From Candidatus Latescibacterota bacterium (GTDB lineage Bacteria; Latescibacterota; UBA2968; UBA8231), in the NCBI GenBank assembly GCA_965200315.1, contig OZ241362.1, positions 4,928,001-4,992,000 on the forward strand: 64,000 nt of DNA. Reading direction: 5' to 3'. Below are positions 19,429 to 29,252 of this stretch, piece by piece. The notes beneath the pieces were generated by a model. The model had not been told where the DNA came from. It saw only the letters and a list, made by a program, of their open reading frames with translations, and searched no databases. Numbering within the stretch: position 1 is the stretch's first letter; every line of letters starts with the position of its first letter. The translations under genes and the position numbers were made by a program.

Positions 19429-21438
19429 TTAGTACGCAACGCTGAGGGCCAATAGTTGCTTGGCTTGGACGGATTGGGTGTGCAGCGCGAGGGAGAGCAG
19501 GTAGAGGCCCGGTGGAAGAAGCTGGCCGGTCTCGTCGCGGCCATCCCAAGTGATCACTTGAGGGCCGGAGTCTTGCAGGCCCTTGTCGAGGCGGGCGATG
19601 CGGCGGCCATCCAAGGCGTACACTTCGAGTGCTAAGGGCACCGCGCCGGGAAGGCGAAAGAGCGAATAACGCATCTGGAGTTGGTCGTGGACGCCGTCGC
19701 GATTGGGGGTCAGCACCGGGGTAGACAAAGCGAGCGATTGGATAAAGCCGGGCGTTGCGTCGTCTGCACCCAACACCCGCAGGCTGTTGGTGGAAACTGC
19801 CGCGCCGGCGTCGCCGGCCAAAATCGGCTGGGGGAGCGATTGGCTGTCAGCGGCAAAAATTTCGCCGGTGAAGGTGGAGGCGAATTCAAAAACGGCAGTG
19901 GCGAAGGTCACGCGGATCGGCGCGTTGTTGGTGCTGGTGACGCGCTGGGGCAATTGGATCGTCAGCCCGTCGTCTTCGGTTATTGCGACGGGGTTGACGG
20001 GAGCGAGCGGAGTGCCCATTTCGAGGCTGCCGAAGGCCGTGCGGCTGCCGGTGTGAATCCTGAGCGCGTCGAAGCCGGGCGCGCTGGCGTCGTCGAATGC
20101 GGCCCGCACCTGATAGACAAATTCGGTCTCTTGGCCCAAGGCCACTTCGGTAAAGCCGCGCTTGGGTTGCGGGTCGTCGCGCCGCGCCACTTCGGCCAAG
20201 ACCTCGGCGGCCAAGAGCGGCGCGGTCTCAAGCCACAGCGAATCAATCCGCATCCAAGCGTCGAAGTCGCGGCTTTCTAAGGAGAGGTCCACCTGTAAAT
20301 GCGAGCCGCTTCTGAGCCGGACGGTTCGACCCGACTCGGTAAAAGGCTCCGACCAGAAGGACCAGTTGGCTGAATCGTAGCCAATAGAGGCGCGAATGCC
20401 GGGTCGTGGGTCGCGGTTGAGCTGGGCGGTGAGCGCCTCGTAGTGCTCGCGTGCGACCTCCTTTTCGCGGCCGATGTTGGTGTATTCGTGGTACGTCGCC
20501 GGGCTGTCGTCGCGGCCGACGCGGACCCTCGCCTTGAGCCAGACGGGGGCGTCGGGATCTGCGACGACTGCGCCATCGACCAAGCGCAGCGGCGTACCTG
20601 CCCAGTGCAGGCGACCAAAATTTACGACTTGGCCGAGACCGACGACTTGGCTGAGGTACACGACGCGCTGGGGTATGCCTTGGCCGAAAATTTCGAATCC
20701 CCCGATTGAGCCTTTGAGCGCGATGGCTTGGTTGCCTTGGCCGCCGCAGTCGCGGCAGATGTTGAGGGCTTCCTCGTCGGCCAGCGACGTCTGCCGGCGC
20801 CAGCGAAAGAAGCGCACGTATTGGCGCGGGAAGTCGATGCGGACGACGGGGTCGAAGTTGGTCCCCACGTTGGCGATGACTTGCGTGAACAGCTCTCTAC
20901 CGCCCGAGTTGACCGCGGGTTCTGAGTCCGAACCGACGGAGACGTCGAAGGCCGGCGTGGTGTCGAACGGCAGCGGCGTACCATCGGAGCGAAAACCCTG
21001 CGAGGGCGTGAAAAAGCCGAAGCCCACACCGGGGATCGGCACGGCCGTGTCAAGCGAAAAGAAGGTGCTGGCTATCGATTGGCTCCTAGGAGCGTTGTAG
21101 GTGGTGGAATCGCGATCGACTAAGAAGACGCCGCTCTGGGTAGGATCGCCGCCGACGCCGTTCCAGCGGTTCCAAAAGCGCGGCTTTTGGCCATCGACGT
21201 AGCCGAGGTTGTGCAGGGAGGGCTCGCGCCAGAATTGCCAGTTGTCGAGTAGGTGAATGACGTTTTGCTGCGGCTGCAAGTAGCGCGGCTGGATCGCACC
21301 GTCGGCAAAATCGACGAGGACGTGGAGGGAGTCGCGCTGGTCCCACGCCGCCCCACTGCCGCCGAGTTGCCACTTTTCTACTTGCGCGTAGCTAGGGGAG
21401 ATCGCGAGGCCTAGAATCAAAGGCCAAGCTCTGCACAT
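19429..21438 (-). CDS. Secreted type-B array protein
   Basis: WQLGGSG, GFRSDGTPL, VNFGRLHW, TPNRDGVHD...LSVAY; CxxC in a variable loop. Confidence 0.8.
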   Translation of the reverse strand: MCRAWPLILGLAISPSYAQVEKWQLGGSGAAWDQRDSLHVLVDFADGAIQPRYLQPQQNVIHLLDNWQFWREPSLHNLGYVDGQKPRFWNRWNGVGGDPTQSGVFLVDRDSTTYNAPRSQSIASTFFSLDTAVPIPGVGFGFFTPSQGFRSDGTPLPFDTTPAFDVSVGSDSEPAVNSGGRELFTQVIANVGTNFDPVVRIDFPRQYVRFFRWRRQTSLADEEALNICRDCGGQGNQAIALKGSIGGFEIFGQGIPQRVVYLSQVVGLGQVVNFGRLHWAGTPLRLVDGAVVADPDAPVWLKARVRVGRDDSPATYHEYTNIGREKEVAREHYEALTAQLNRDPRPGIRASIGYDSANWSFWSEPFTESGRTVRLRSGSHLQVDLSLESRDFDAWMRIDSLWLETAPLLAAEVLAEVARRDDPQPKRGFTEVALGQETEFVYQVRAAFDDASAPGFDALRIHTGSRTAFGSLEMGTPLAPVNPVAITEDDGLTIQLPQRVTSTNNAPIRVTFATAVFEFASTFTGEIFAADSQSLPQPILAGDAGAAVSTNSLRVLGADDATPGFIQSLALSTPVLTPNRDGVHDQLQMRYSLFRLPGAVPLALEVYALDGRRIARLDKGLQDSGPQVITWDGRDETGQLLPPGLYLLSLALHTQSVQAKQLLALSVAY

Positions 21439-21524
21439 CGAGCACCGTACCTCCGCTGAGGTGAATAATATGTGGGAAGATAAGGCAAAAAGAGCTATGC
21501 GCCGAATTAATGGGATAGGACTTC

Positions 21525-23870
21525 CTAATAGGCGACGGAGATCGTGCGTAGGGCCGTATCGTCACCGGCGTCGGCACCCAGATTGACGCGCAGGACGTAG
21601 ATGCCAGGCTCTACGACTGCGCCACTGGCTTGGGTGCCGTCCCAAGCGAAGAGGTGGTGCAAGCCCTCGGCGACTGGCGTGAGAACCGCTACTTTGCGCC
21701 CGGCGAGGTTGAATACTTCCACTCGGGGCTCGCGGCCTTCGACTTTAAGGACGATGAACCGCACCTCTAGCTGATCGTTGATGCCGTCGCCGTTGGGCGT
21801 GAGTGTCGGCGAGGAAATGAAGAAGTCGTCGATAAGCTGGCTGCTACGGGTCAGTTCGGGCAGCATGACGATATTGGCCCGGCGTGTTGCCGGTTCGACC
21901 GACTGCCAGAGGCCCGGATGCGCGCTGGAGCCTAAGTCCAACGCAAAGAGCGTGGCATTGCGCACTAAGCGGGTGGTAAAGTGGACGCGGACCGAATCGT
22001 CTCTGACTGGTTCGGGTAAAGCGATGAGCAGGGAGTCGCCGCGCCGGGAAGCTGCTGCCGAGACGGTTTCTACGCCCTTTTCCACGCTCACGCTAGGCAG
22101 GTTAATCGGCCCCGGTAGGTCGAAGCGCATGAGGTCGAAGCCGACGTCATCGGGGCCGGCGCTGGGCAGCAGAGTATAGGTGAAGGCCGTCTCCTCATTG
22201 GGAGGAGCACTGCGCGGCTCGACGCGCCCGTGGGCACTCAGGAGTAGCGCCGCGTCGAATTCGATCGACAGGGTGTTGACTGTGGGCGCGACCTCGGGGT
22301 CGTCGGTGGCGAGAATCAACTCCAGTTGTACAAAGCGCCGCGGACTTTGCGATTTAAAGGTTTCACCGGAAAATTGGTACACATTGCTCCACGCATCCCA
22401 GTCCTCGCCGACCACTAGCGTGGAGTCAACCGGGCCGCGCAGCACTTTGGGCGAGCTATTCCATTTTTCTTCGGTGATTTCCTCGCCGATTTTGTTGTGG
22501 AAGGTATAGATCGGTGCCAGCGCGTTGCCCGAACGCGAGCGCAGTTGCATTCTGGCTGCTGGAGGCAGGTCGGCGTCCCAGTGCAGGGCCTTGATGACTT
22601 TGGGCCGCTCGTCGCCGGCTTCGGCACCGAGGTCGATGAAGCCCGAAGTAAGCACAACTTGGGCGGGATGACCTAACGAGAACAGCATAAATTCGGCCCA
22701 TTTGGATTCGAGCCAGCCTTGGTCGGACAGGCCGTGCCAGAACAGATAACGCATCTGGCGCGGGCGGAATTTGTAGCGGATGCGGTAGAGGTCTGCGGCT
22801 GCGGGATTGTCGTGGGTGAGCAGTTCGCTGTAGTCGAGTGGCGCGGGTACGGGCAGAGAAGTGCCCACGCTGCGGCTGCCGTCGGAGAACAGGATGCGGT
22901 GCCCTGAGCCAGCACTGCCGCGATGACTGCCGGTGGTGCCCTCAAAGCGGCGCAAGACGTAGATAAACAGCTCATCGACGAAGAACACGGCCCCCATATC
23001 GACGTAAAACCAAGTGCCGGCCCCCTCCCACCCTTGGTCGCCGCGGCCCGAGGTGATGAGGTTGTTGGTGTTGATATCGGCGTCGAAGAGATTGGCGGGT
23101 GCGGCGGCGACCGTGCCGTTGAGGAAGCTGCCGCGCTCGGCGGCGCCGATGCTGATGTTGTCGCCCACAGTGAGTATTTCGACTTCGGCGAGCGCGGCAG
23201 CTAGGCTCTGGTCTTCGACGACGATACTGATGTACTGAATTACTTGATAGCGGTTTTCAAAGGTTCGATCAATGGCCATATCTGGATCAACCGTCAGGAC
23301 GGTATCGGTGGCCGGATACTCGAGGGGAATGGTCAGGGAAGTGGCGCGGTTGGGCTGGGTGGTGCGATAGACTGGCTCGTATTTGAAAACGTCGGCCGTA
23401 GCTTGGATGCGCGCCCCGGTGGTGCCATAAACGGTGAACTGCCGCAGCGGGTGCGCACCTTGTTGGTCGGGGAAGGTCAGGCGAATGTGGCGGGCGAGTA
23501 CAGCGCGTCCCAAGTCTATATCGAGGAACCAATTTTTGAGCTCGTCGTTCGGGTCGGGTTGCCAGAAGGTCGCGGGATCGCCATCGATGGCGTTTGCGGC
23601 TGTCGTGCGCCCGCTGCCGGCCTGCCAAATTCCGCCTGCCACTTCGCCGCGTTCTTGGGTGGAATGGGTGAAGAGATGGGCGTCGCGGATGGCATCCACT
23701 TCCTTGCGGTATTTGGTCAGGCGCAGCACACCTTCTGCATCCACCTGGACCAGCCCGGCAGGCATGGTCCAGCTTTGCCATTTTTCTGCGCTGTCGAAAC
23801 TCAGCATTTCGGCCCAGCCGGCAACAGCCGGCACAGCGAGCCAAGCTATAAGGGCAACGAGAAAGCGCAT
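21525..23870 (-). CDS. Secreted type-A array protein
   Basis: Start MRFLVALIAW at 23870, 1 nt after the upstream stop; AIDGDPATFW; TPNGDGINDQL...ISVAY. Confidence 0.8.
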   Translation of the reverse strand: MRFLVALIAWLAVPAVAGWAEMLSFDSAEKWQSWTMPAGLVQVDAEGVLRLTKYRKEVDAIRDAHLFTHSTQERGEVAGGIWQAGSGRTTAANAIDGDPATFWQPDPNDELKNWFLDIDLGRAVLARHIRLTFPDQQGAHPLRQFTVYGTTGARIQATADVFKYEPVYRTTQPNRATSLTIPLEYPATDTVLTVDPDMAIDRTFENRYQVIQYISIVVEDQSLAAALAEVEILTVGDNISIGAAERGSFLNGTVAAAPANLFDADINTNNLITSGRGDQGWEGAGTWFYVDMGAVFFVDELFIYVLRRFEGTTGSHRGSAGSGHRILFSDGSRSVGTSLPVPAPLDYSELLTHDNPAAADLYRIRYKFRPRQMRYLFWHGLSDQGWLESKWAEFMLFSLGHPAQVVLTSGFIDLGAEAGDERPKVIKALHWDADLPPAARMQLRSRSGNALAPIYTFHNKIGEEITEEKWNSSPKVLRGPVDSTLVVGEDWDAWSNVYQFSGETFKSQSPRRFVQLELILATDDPEVAPTVNTLSIEFDAALLLSAHGRVEPRSAPPNEETAFTYTLLPSAGPDDVGFDLMRFDLPGPINLPSVSVEKGVETVSAAASRRGDSLLIALPEPVRDDSVRVHFTTRLVRNATLFALDLGSSAHPGLWQSVEPATRRANIVMLPELTRSSQLIDDFFISSPTLTPNGDGINDQLEVRFIVLKVEGREPRVEVFNLAGRKVAVLTPVAEGLHHLFAWDGTQASGAVVEPGIYVLRVNLGADAGDDTALRTISVAY

Positions 23871-23871
23871 T

Positions 23872-25884
23872 TTAGTAGGCGATGCCCAGCGGATGCAGCA
23901 GGCGTTCACTGATGCCTTCGGATTGCAGCGCTACTTCGAGCAGGTAGAGGCCGGGCTGTAGGAGTTGCCCCTGCGCGTCGCGTCCATCCCAGCGAAGGTG
24001 CTGCGGTCCAGCAGCCTGCGGCGCAAACGACAGGCGTGCGACTTGCCGGCCATCGAGAGAATAGGCCCGCAGTTCGACGGGTACGCTAGCAGGCAGGCGG
24101 AAGAGGGAATAAGATACCTGCACTAGGTCGTTTACCCGGTCGCCGTTGGGAGTCAAAACTGGCGTTGAAAAGCGCAGGTTCTGGATGGCGTTGACAGGAC
24201 CGCCTTTTGCACTCAGAACGCGCAGGCTGTTGGTCGATACGGCGGGTGTGGCATCGCCGCCGCGGATGGGTTGGGGTAGGCTTTGGGTTGCGGTGTCGAT
24301 GGCCTCGCCTTCAAAGGTCGTGGCGAAGACGAAGACATCGGCCATGAACTCGATGCGGATGGGCGCGTTGTTGGCGGCGTGGACCCGCTCGGGCAGTTCG
24401 ATGAAGAACTCGTCGTCGTTGATCTCGACCCGGCGGGGCTCGACGGACACCAATGGATCGCCCATTGCCAACGTTGGAAGGTGGACTCGGCTGCCGGTGC
24501 GGATGCGCAGCGCGTCGAAGCCTAGCTCTGAGGCGGCGAAGTCGGCGCGAATATCGTAGCTGAAGCCAGTCGCCTGCCCTAGGGCCACTTCGGTGAAACC
24601 GCTCGGTTGCGGGTCGTCGAGGCGGGCGACTTCGCCAATGATCTGACTGGCGAGAAGCGGTGCTTGCTCGATCCACAGCGAATCTAGGCGCGTAAAGGCG
24701 TCGAAATCCGCGCTGTCGAGGGTAATTTTGACTTGGATATGGGAGCCGCTGTGGAGGTTGAATGGCTGGCCAGACGCGGTGAAGGCGGGCGACCAGAAGG
24801 TCCAGTGGTCCTCGTCATAGGCTATTGACGCGCGGACTCCAGGCCGCTCGCCGGCGACGTAGCCGTAGCCCTGCGACTCCTTGAGTTCAAACTCGTACCG
24901 CTGGCGCGAGACTTCAACCTCGCGGCCCTTGTCGTCAAATTCGCGGTACACGTTGGGGTCTTGGTCTCTACCGGTGCGCACCTCGACGCGCAACCCGACA
25001 GCCGCGGCCGGATCCGGGACCAAGGTGCTGTCCACCATTCGCATGGAGGTCGCCGACCAGAACAGCCGGCCAAAGTTCACTTCCGAGCCCAGATCGATGA
25101 TTTTGGATAGATATAGTACGCGTTGCGGGATTCCGCGGGCGTAGAGTTCAAAGTCGCCGATGGTGCCTGGCCGCGCTTGACCCGACAGCGAATTCTTTTG
25201 GATGACCAAGGTCGGATCGAGTACCGACTCGTTGCGACGCCAGCGGATGAAGCGGACATATTGGCGCGGCATGTCGATTTGCACGGTGGGGGACAGATTT
25301 TCGGCGACATTGGCGATAAGCGGGCCAATGGGCGCGTAGGCGTTGTGCCCATGCCATTCGGGATCGGCTTCGGTGGCAACGCTCACTTCAAAGGCGGGCA
25401 CCGCATCTTCGGCCAGTGGAGTACCATCCGAGCGGAACCCACGCGGTGGCGTGAAAAAGCCGAAGCGGGTGGCCGGGACGGGCACCGCCACGTCAAAAGT
25501 AAACCAGTCGAAGTTCCGCAGGTCCGAGGACGGGGGGTTGTAGGTGGTGCTGTCGCCGTCAACTAGATACGTGGCATTGTGTACGGGTCGCGAGTCGCCC
25601 AAGCCCAGCTTCCAAGCGCGGGGCCGCTGGCCATCGACATAGCCGAGTTCGCGGGGGAATTTCCACGGAGACCAGTTGTCGAGGTGCGAAAAAACGGTTT
25701 GGGCCGAGGTCAGGTAGATGGGCTGGATGGCCCCGGGGACGGAATCGAAGTCGATGAAGATGCGTACCGAATCGCTCGCCGACCATGCAAGGCCACCGCT
25801 GCCGCCGAGCTGCCAAGTGCTTATTTGCGCCGACAGAACACTGGGCAGGAGAAGCGGAAAGAGGGTGGCAAAGATGCGGTGCAT
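23872..25884 (-). CDS. Secreted type-B array protein
   Basis: WQLGGSG, LVDGDSTTY, VNFGRLFW, TPNGDRVND...LGIAY. Confidence 0.8.
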   Translation of the reverse strand: MHRIFATLFPLLLPSVLSAQISTWQLGGSGGLAWSASDSVRIFIDFDSVPGAIQPIYLTSAQTVFSHLDNWSPWKFPRELGYVDGQRPRAWKLGLGDSRPVHNATYLVDGDSTTYNPPSSDLRNFDWFTFDVAVPVPATRFGFFTPPRGFRSDGTPLAEDAVPAFEVSVATEADPEWHGHNAYAPIGPLIANVAENLSPTVQIDMPRQYVRFIRWRRNESVLDPTLVIQKNSLSGQARPGTIGDFELYARGIPQRVLYLSKIIDLGSEVNFGRLFWSATSMRMVDSTLVPDPAAAVGLRVEVRTGRDQDPNVYREFDDKGREVEVSRQRYEFELKESQGYGYVAGERPGVRASIAYDEDHWTFWSPAFTASGQPFNLHSGSHIQVKITLDSADFDAFTRLDSLWIEQAPLLASQIIGEVARLDDPQPSGFTEVALGQATGFSYDIRADFAASELGFDALRIRTGSRVHLPTLAMGDPLVSVEPRRVEINDDEFFIELPERVHAANNAPIRIEFMADVFVFATTFEGEAIDTATQSLPQPIRGGDATPAVSTNSLRVLSAKGGPVNAIQNLRFSTPVLTPNGDRVNDLVQVSYSLFRLPASVPVELRAYSLDGRQVARLSFAPQAAGPQHLRWDGRDAQGQLLQPGLYLLEVALQSEGISERLLHPLGIAY

Positions 25885-25955
25885 GGGCAGGACTCGCGGG
25901 AGACAGGCGGCCTATAAAAGTTAAATACGCAAAATCGGTCGCTTGGACAAGTGGC

Positions 25956-27176
25956 CTAGGCCCTGAATGGCACCAGCCAATCCTCCTCAATCCCCAAGTC
26001 AAAGCCCGGTCCGCACGGCGCAAATTCCAAGTAGCTTTCTTTAGGCACCAGTGCCCCGGACTCGGCTACTTCCTCCAGCGGAATCCCCGGGGCCGAGCCA
26101 ATGTAGTACTCGCCCCAAGGCGTGTTGGGCATGGCCCAAGTCAAGTGCTGGCCGTAAGGATCGCGCCCGCCGCCGTGGAGGCAGACTTCGAGGCCGGCGG
26201 CCTCGGCCATGTGGCAGATTTTGATACAGGCGGTCAGCCCGCCGACCCAGTGGATATCGGGTTGCAGCACATCGAGGGCGCGGTGCTCGATCATTTGTTG
26301 ATAGGGGTAGTGCGTGTAGAAGTGCTCGCCGCTGGCCAGCGTTTGCCAAGGCAGGCATTCTTTGAGTTTGATGTGGCTTTTGACGTCTTCGGGGATCAGG
26401 CACTCCTCCAGCCAGCGCAACTTGTAGGGTCTGAGGCGCTCGGCTAGGCGGACGCTGTATTCGACGTCAAAGGCCATGTAGCAGTCGAGCATGAGTTCGC
26501 AGTCATCGCCGATTAATGCGCGGACTTCGGCAATCCGCCGCTCGTTTTGGTCTAGGCCCCACAGGCCGTCGACCGGGCCGTATTGGCAGGGGAGTTTGAA
26601 GGCTCTGAAGCCCAGCTCGCGGTACCAATCGACGTCGTCGCCGGTGGCGTAGGTGAAGATGCGCTCGCGGGCCGGGCCGCCGATGAGCTGGTACACGGGC
26701 TTTTGTTGCAGCTTGCCGGCCAAGTCCCACAGCGCGAGGTCCACGGCGCTGATGGCGACGGTGGCGATGCCGACCGTGCCGAAAGGTTTGGAGACGCGGA
26801 ACATCATATCCCACAACTTGTCGATGGCCAAGCAGTCTTCGCCTATGAGGATATGGGCGAAAGCGTCTTCGACGACCGCAGCGGCGGGCCGACCAGCCGC
26901 CGTGCCCAGCCCCCAAGTGCCGTCTTCGGCTGTGACTTTGACCGCGAAGCCGGGCCATTGCCGGGCACCGTAGAGTTGACGCCGGGGCTTGAAACGCGGA
27001 AAGCGCGACATTGGGTTGGCCACTTCGATTTCGGTGGGCCAAGCCTTGCGGTGGGGTTGGCTCTGCTGAGCCGGGGCCGTCGAGGCGGAGAGCGTCGAGC
27101 CGGCTTGGGAACGGGCGCGGAGCGAAGGCCCGTCGGGGCGTTCGACGCGGACTAGGTCGATGGATTTGATTTTCAT
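25956..27176 (-). CDS. Mandelate racemase/enolase-superfamily acid-sugar dehydratase (L-rhamnonate dehydratase-like)
   Basis: AISAVDLALWDL, FKLP, LMLDCYM, WLEE, SGEH, QPDIHWVGG; start MKIKSI at 27176. Confidence 0.8.
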   Translation of the reverse strand: MKIKSIDLVRVERPDGPSLRARSQAGSTLSASTAPAQQSQPHRKAWPTEIEVANPMSRFPRFKPRRQLYGARQWPGFAVKVTAEDGTWGLGTAAGRPAAAVVEDAFAHILIGEDCLAIDKLWDMMFRVSKPFGTVGIATVAISAVDLALWDLAGKLQQKPVYQLIGGPARERIFTYATGDDVDWYRELGFRAFKLPCQYGPVDGLWGLDQNERRIAEVRALIGDDCELMLDCYMAFDVEYSVRLAERLRPYKLRWLEECLIPEDVKSHIKLKECLPWQTLASGEHFYTHYPYQQMIEHRALDVLQPDIHWVGGLTACIKICHMAEAAGLEVCLHGGGRDPYGQHLTWAMPNTPWGEYYIGSAPGIPLEEVAESGALVPKESYLEFAPCGPGFDLGIEEDWLVPFRA

Positions 27177-27425
27177 TGCTTTAGACGCCTTAGAGTTAAA
27201 TTTCCGTGAATGTATCTTATATCTAATGAATCCATAAAAACCAGCGGTGCTATTCGCTGGAGGCAATCAGCCACAGTCAATCTCGATCAGCAAGCGGCAA
27301 TGGTCGCTTGATCCCTCGTTGCATAAATTCCTTTGTCGAAATGACTTGGAATGCTGAATATACGAACGAATTTGGCGAATGGTGGGATGGATTTTCAGAG
27401 AGCGGACAGGACGACATTACCGCCT

Positions 27426-27641
27426 CTAGTTCTTGTCTTGCTTTTTCGCTTCCCTAATCATTGACCGCAAGAATTTTTCGACATTCTCGGTCTGTTCAAA
27501 TTGCTCAATAGGAACAGAAAGAGTTTTTCCATCCACTTGAACGCTGATGTCGCTATACGTCATCCTAAACTCTCTCGTACCTGCTCGAAACTGCCAATTT
27601 CCAAGCTCCTCACTGAATACTTCATCAATAGTAAGAGCTAT
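27426..27641 (-). pseudogene. Small 71-aa hypothetical ORF with ATA in place of a start codon, in an AT-rich insert
   Basis: GAGGAG RBS 6 nt before ATA; open frame ALTIDEVFSEELGNWQFRAG...REAKKQDKN-TAG. Confidence 0.45.
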
Positions 27642-27658
27642 ACTGTGCTCCTCTTTTC

Positions 27659-28696
27659 TTATCCGTTACCGCCCCACGCGAGGGCCTCGGCTTCGGCTGC
27701 CGACAGGGTGAGATTGGCTTCTTCGGCGGCTGGTTCTTTCCACTCAGCTAACAGATCGGCCAACTCGGCGAGAGAAGCGGTTGTCAGTAGGCGGCGGCGC
27801 AGTTCGGAGGCGCGGGGCAGGCTTTTGAAGTAGAGGGCGAGGTGCTTGCGCGTCTCGCGGACGCCGGTGCGCTCGCCTTTGTACGCGGCCATCAGGCGCA
27901 GTTGCTCCAGTGCTAAGTCGATGCGCTCGGCAAGGGTCGCGCCGCTGCGGCCGGAAAAAAGCCAGGGATTCGCCAGCGCTGCCCGCCCGACCATGACTGC
28001 GGCGCAGCCTGTTTCCCGCTGCATGAGACGGGCGTCGTCGAGGGTGAGTACGTCGCCGTTGCCGATGATGGGCAGCGAAGACGCTTCGACGGCGCGGCCG
28101 ATCCAGTGCCAGTTGGCGCGGCCCTTGTACTTTTGCACGACGGTGCGGGCGTGGATGGCCACGGCTTGGGCACCGGCGTCCTCGCAGCGGCTCACTACTT
28201 CGAGGATATTGATCTCCTCTTCGTCCCAGCCGAGGCGCGTCTTGACAATGACCGGAACCGAGACGGCCTTGACCGTGCGCTCGACGGCTTGATAGAGCCG
28301 ATCGAGATCGCGCAAATAGGCCGCGCCGCAGCCTTTGGCGACGATCTTGGGTACGGAACAGCCGAAGTTGATGTCCACCACCTGCGCGCCGCGCCGCTCG
28401 AATTCTCGCGCTCCATTGGCTATCAAGTCGATGTCGTTGCCGTAGATTTGCGCGGCCAGCAGCGAGATGCCGGTGTCGGCGTAGATTTGCGCGTCGGAAA
28501 AATCGAGCATCTGCAAGCTCTTGCGCGAGCGGATGCCGATGGCGCGGCAGTTGATAAATTCGACCCCGACCAGCCGCGCCCCGAGGCGTGCGCAGATAAG
28601 GCGAAAGACCCAGTTGCTCACCCCGGCCATCGGCGCTAGGGTGAGGATGGGCATGTTTTCCCGGAGGGGGTTGAGCTGGTGAGGCCCGAGTTGCAC
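27659..28696 (-). CDS. dusB: tRNA-dihydrouridine synthase (DusB-like)
   Basis: LAPMAGV, DINFGC, KTRLGW, IHART, IGNGDV, VMVGRAALANPW. Confidence 0.85.
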   Translation of the reverse strand: MQLGPHQLNPLRENMPILTLAPMAGVSNWVFRLICARLGARLVGVEFINCRAIGIRSRKSLQMLDFSDAQIYADTGISLLAAQIYGNDIDLIANGAREFERRGAQVVDINFGCSVPKIVAKGCGAAYLRDLDRLYQAVERTVKAVSVPVIVKTRLGWDEEEINILEVVSRCEDAGAQAVAIHARTVVQKYKGRANWHWIGRAVEASSLPIIGNGDVLTLDDARLMQRETGCAAVMVGRAALANPWLFSGRSGATLAERIDLALEQLRLMAAYKGERTGVRETRKHLALYFKSLPRASELRRRLLTTASLAELADLLAEWKEPAAEEANLTLSAAEAEALAWGGNG

Positions 28697-28700
28697 GCGC

Positions 28701-29024
28701 TTACAGAGGGTTTTCCATTTGCAGCCGGGCGGCGATGGCCTTTTCCCGTTCGGCCTCGGCGATCATGCCTTTGCGCTGGTAGAACATGGACAGGCTGGTG
28801 TGGACGAGGAAGTCGTCGGGGTCGTGCTCGGCGGCCTTCTGCGCCGCGCTAAGGGCTTGGTCGAGGTCGCCCAACTTCTCGTGGCAATGCGCCATAGCTT
28901 GGTAGGCATCGGCAAATTGCGGGTCGAGGGCGATGGCTTGGGCTAGGTCGTCCAAAGCACCGGCAAAGTCTTGTTGGACGAATTTGTTCATGCCACTCTT
29001 GTAGAGGGCCATTTTGTCGGTCAT
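28701..29024 (-). CDS. Tetratricopeptide repeat protein
   Basis: TPR pattern AIALDPQFADAY...LGD..A...P. Confidence 0.8.
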   Translation of the reverse strand: MTDKMALYKSGMNKFVQQDFAGALDDLAQAIALDPQFADAYQAMAHCHEKLGDLDQALSAAQKAAEHDPDDFLVHTSLSMFYQRKGMIAEAEREKAIAARLQMENPL

Positions 29025-29084
29025 GGTATGGGTCCGCTTGGGGTGAATTGTTGATATAGCAATTCTACATCACTTACAAGATGA

Positions 29085-29113
29085 GCCACAGATGGACGCA
29101 GATAGACGCAGAA
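29085..29113 (+). repeat. Short 10-mer tandem repeat (ccacagatg-gacgcagata-gacgcaga)
   Basis: Directly visible in the intergenic region between divergent genes. Confidence 0.5.
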
Positions 29114-29252
29114 TAGGATGCACCAGACGATCCACCGCTCGAATCGTTCAAATCATGCCGAATGGCTATATTGCACATTCAAAAAGTAGCGCAAAGTGAT
29201 ATATTGATGCAATGGCGTCAGACTTGGGAGATGAGCGAACAAAGGAGGAGCC

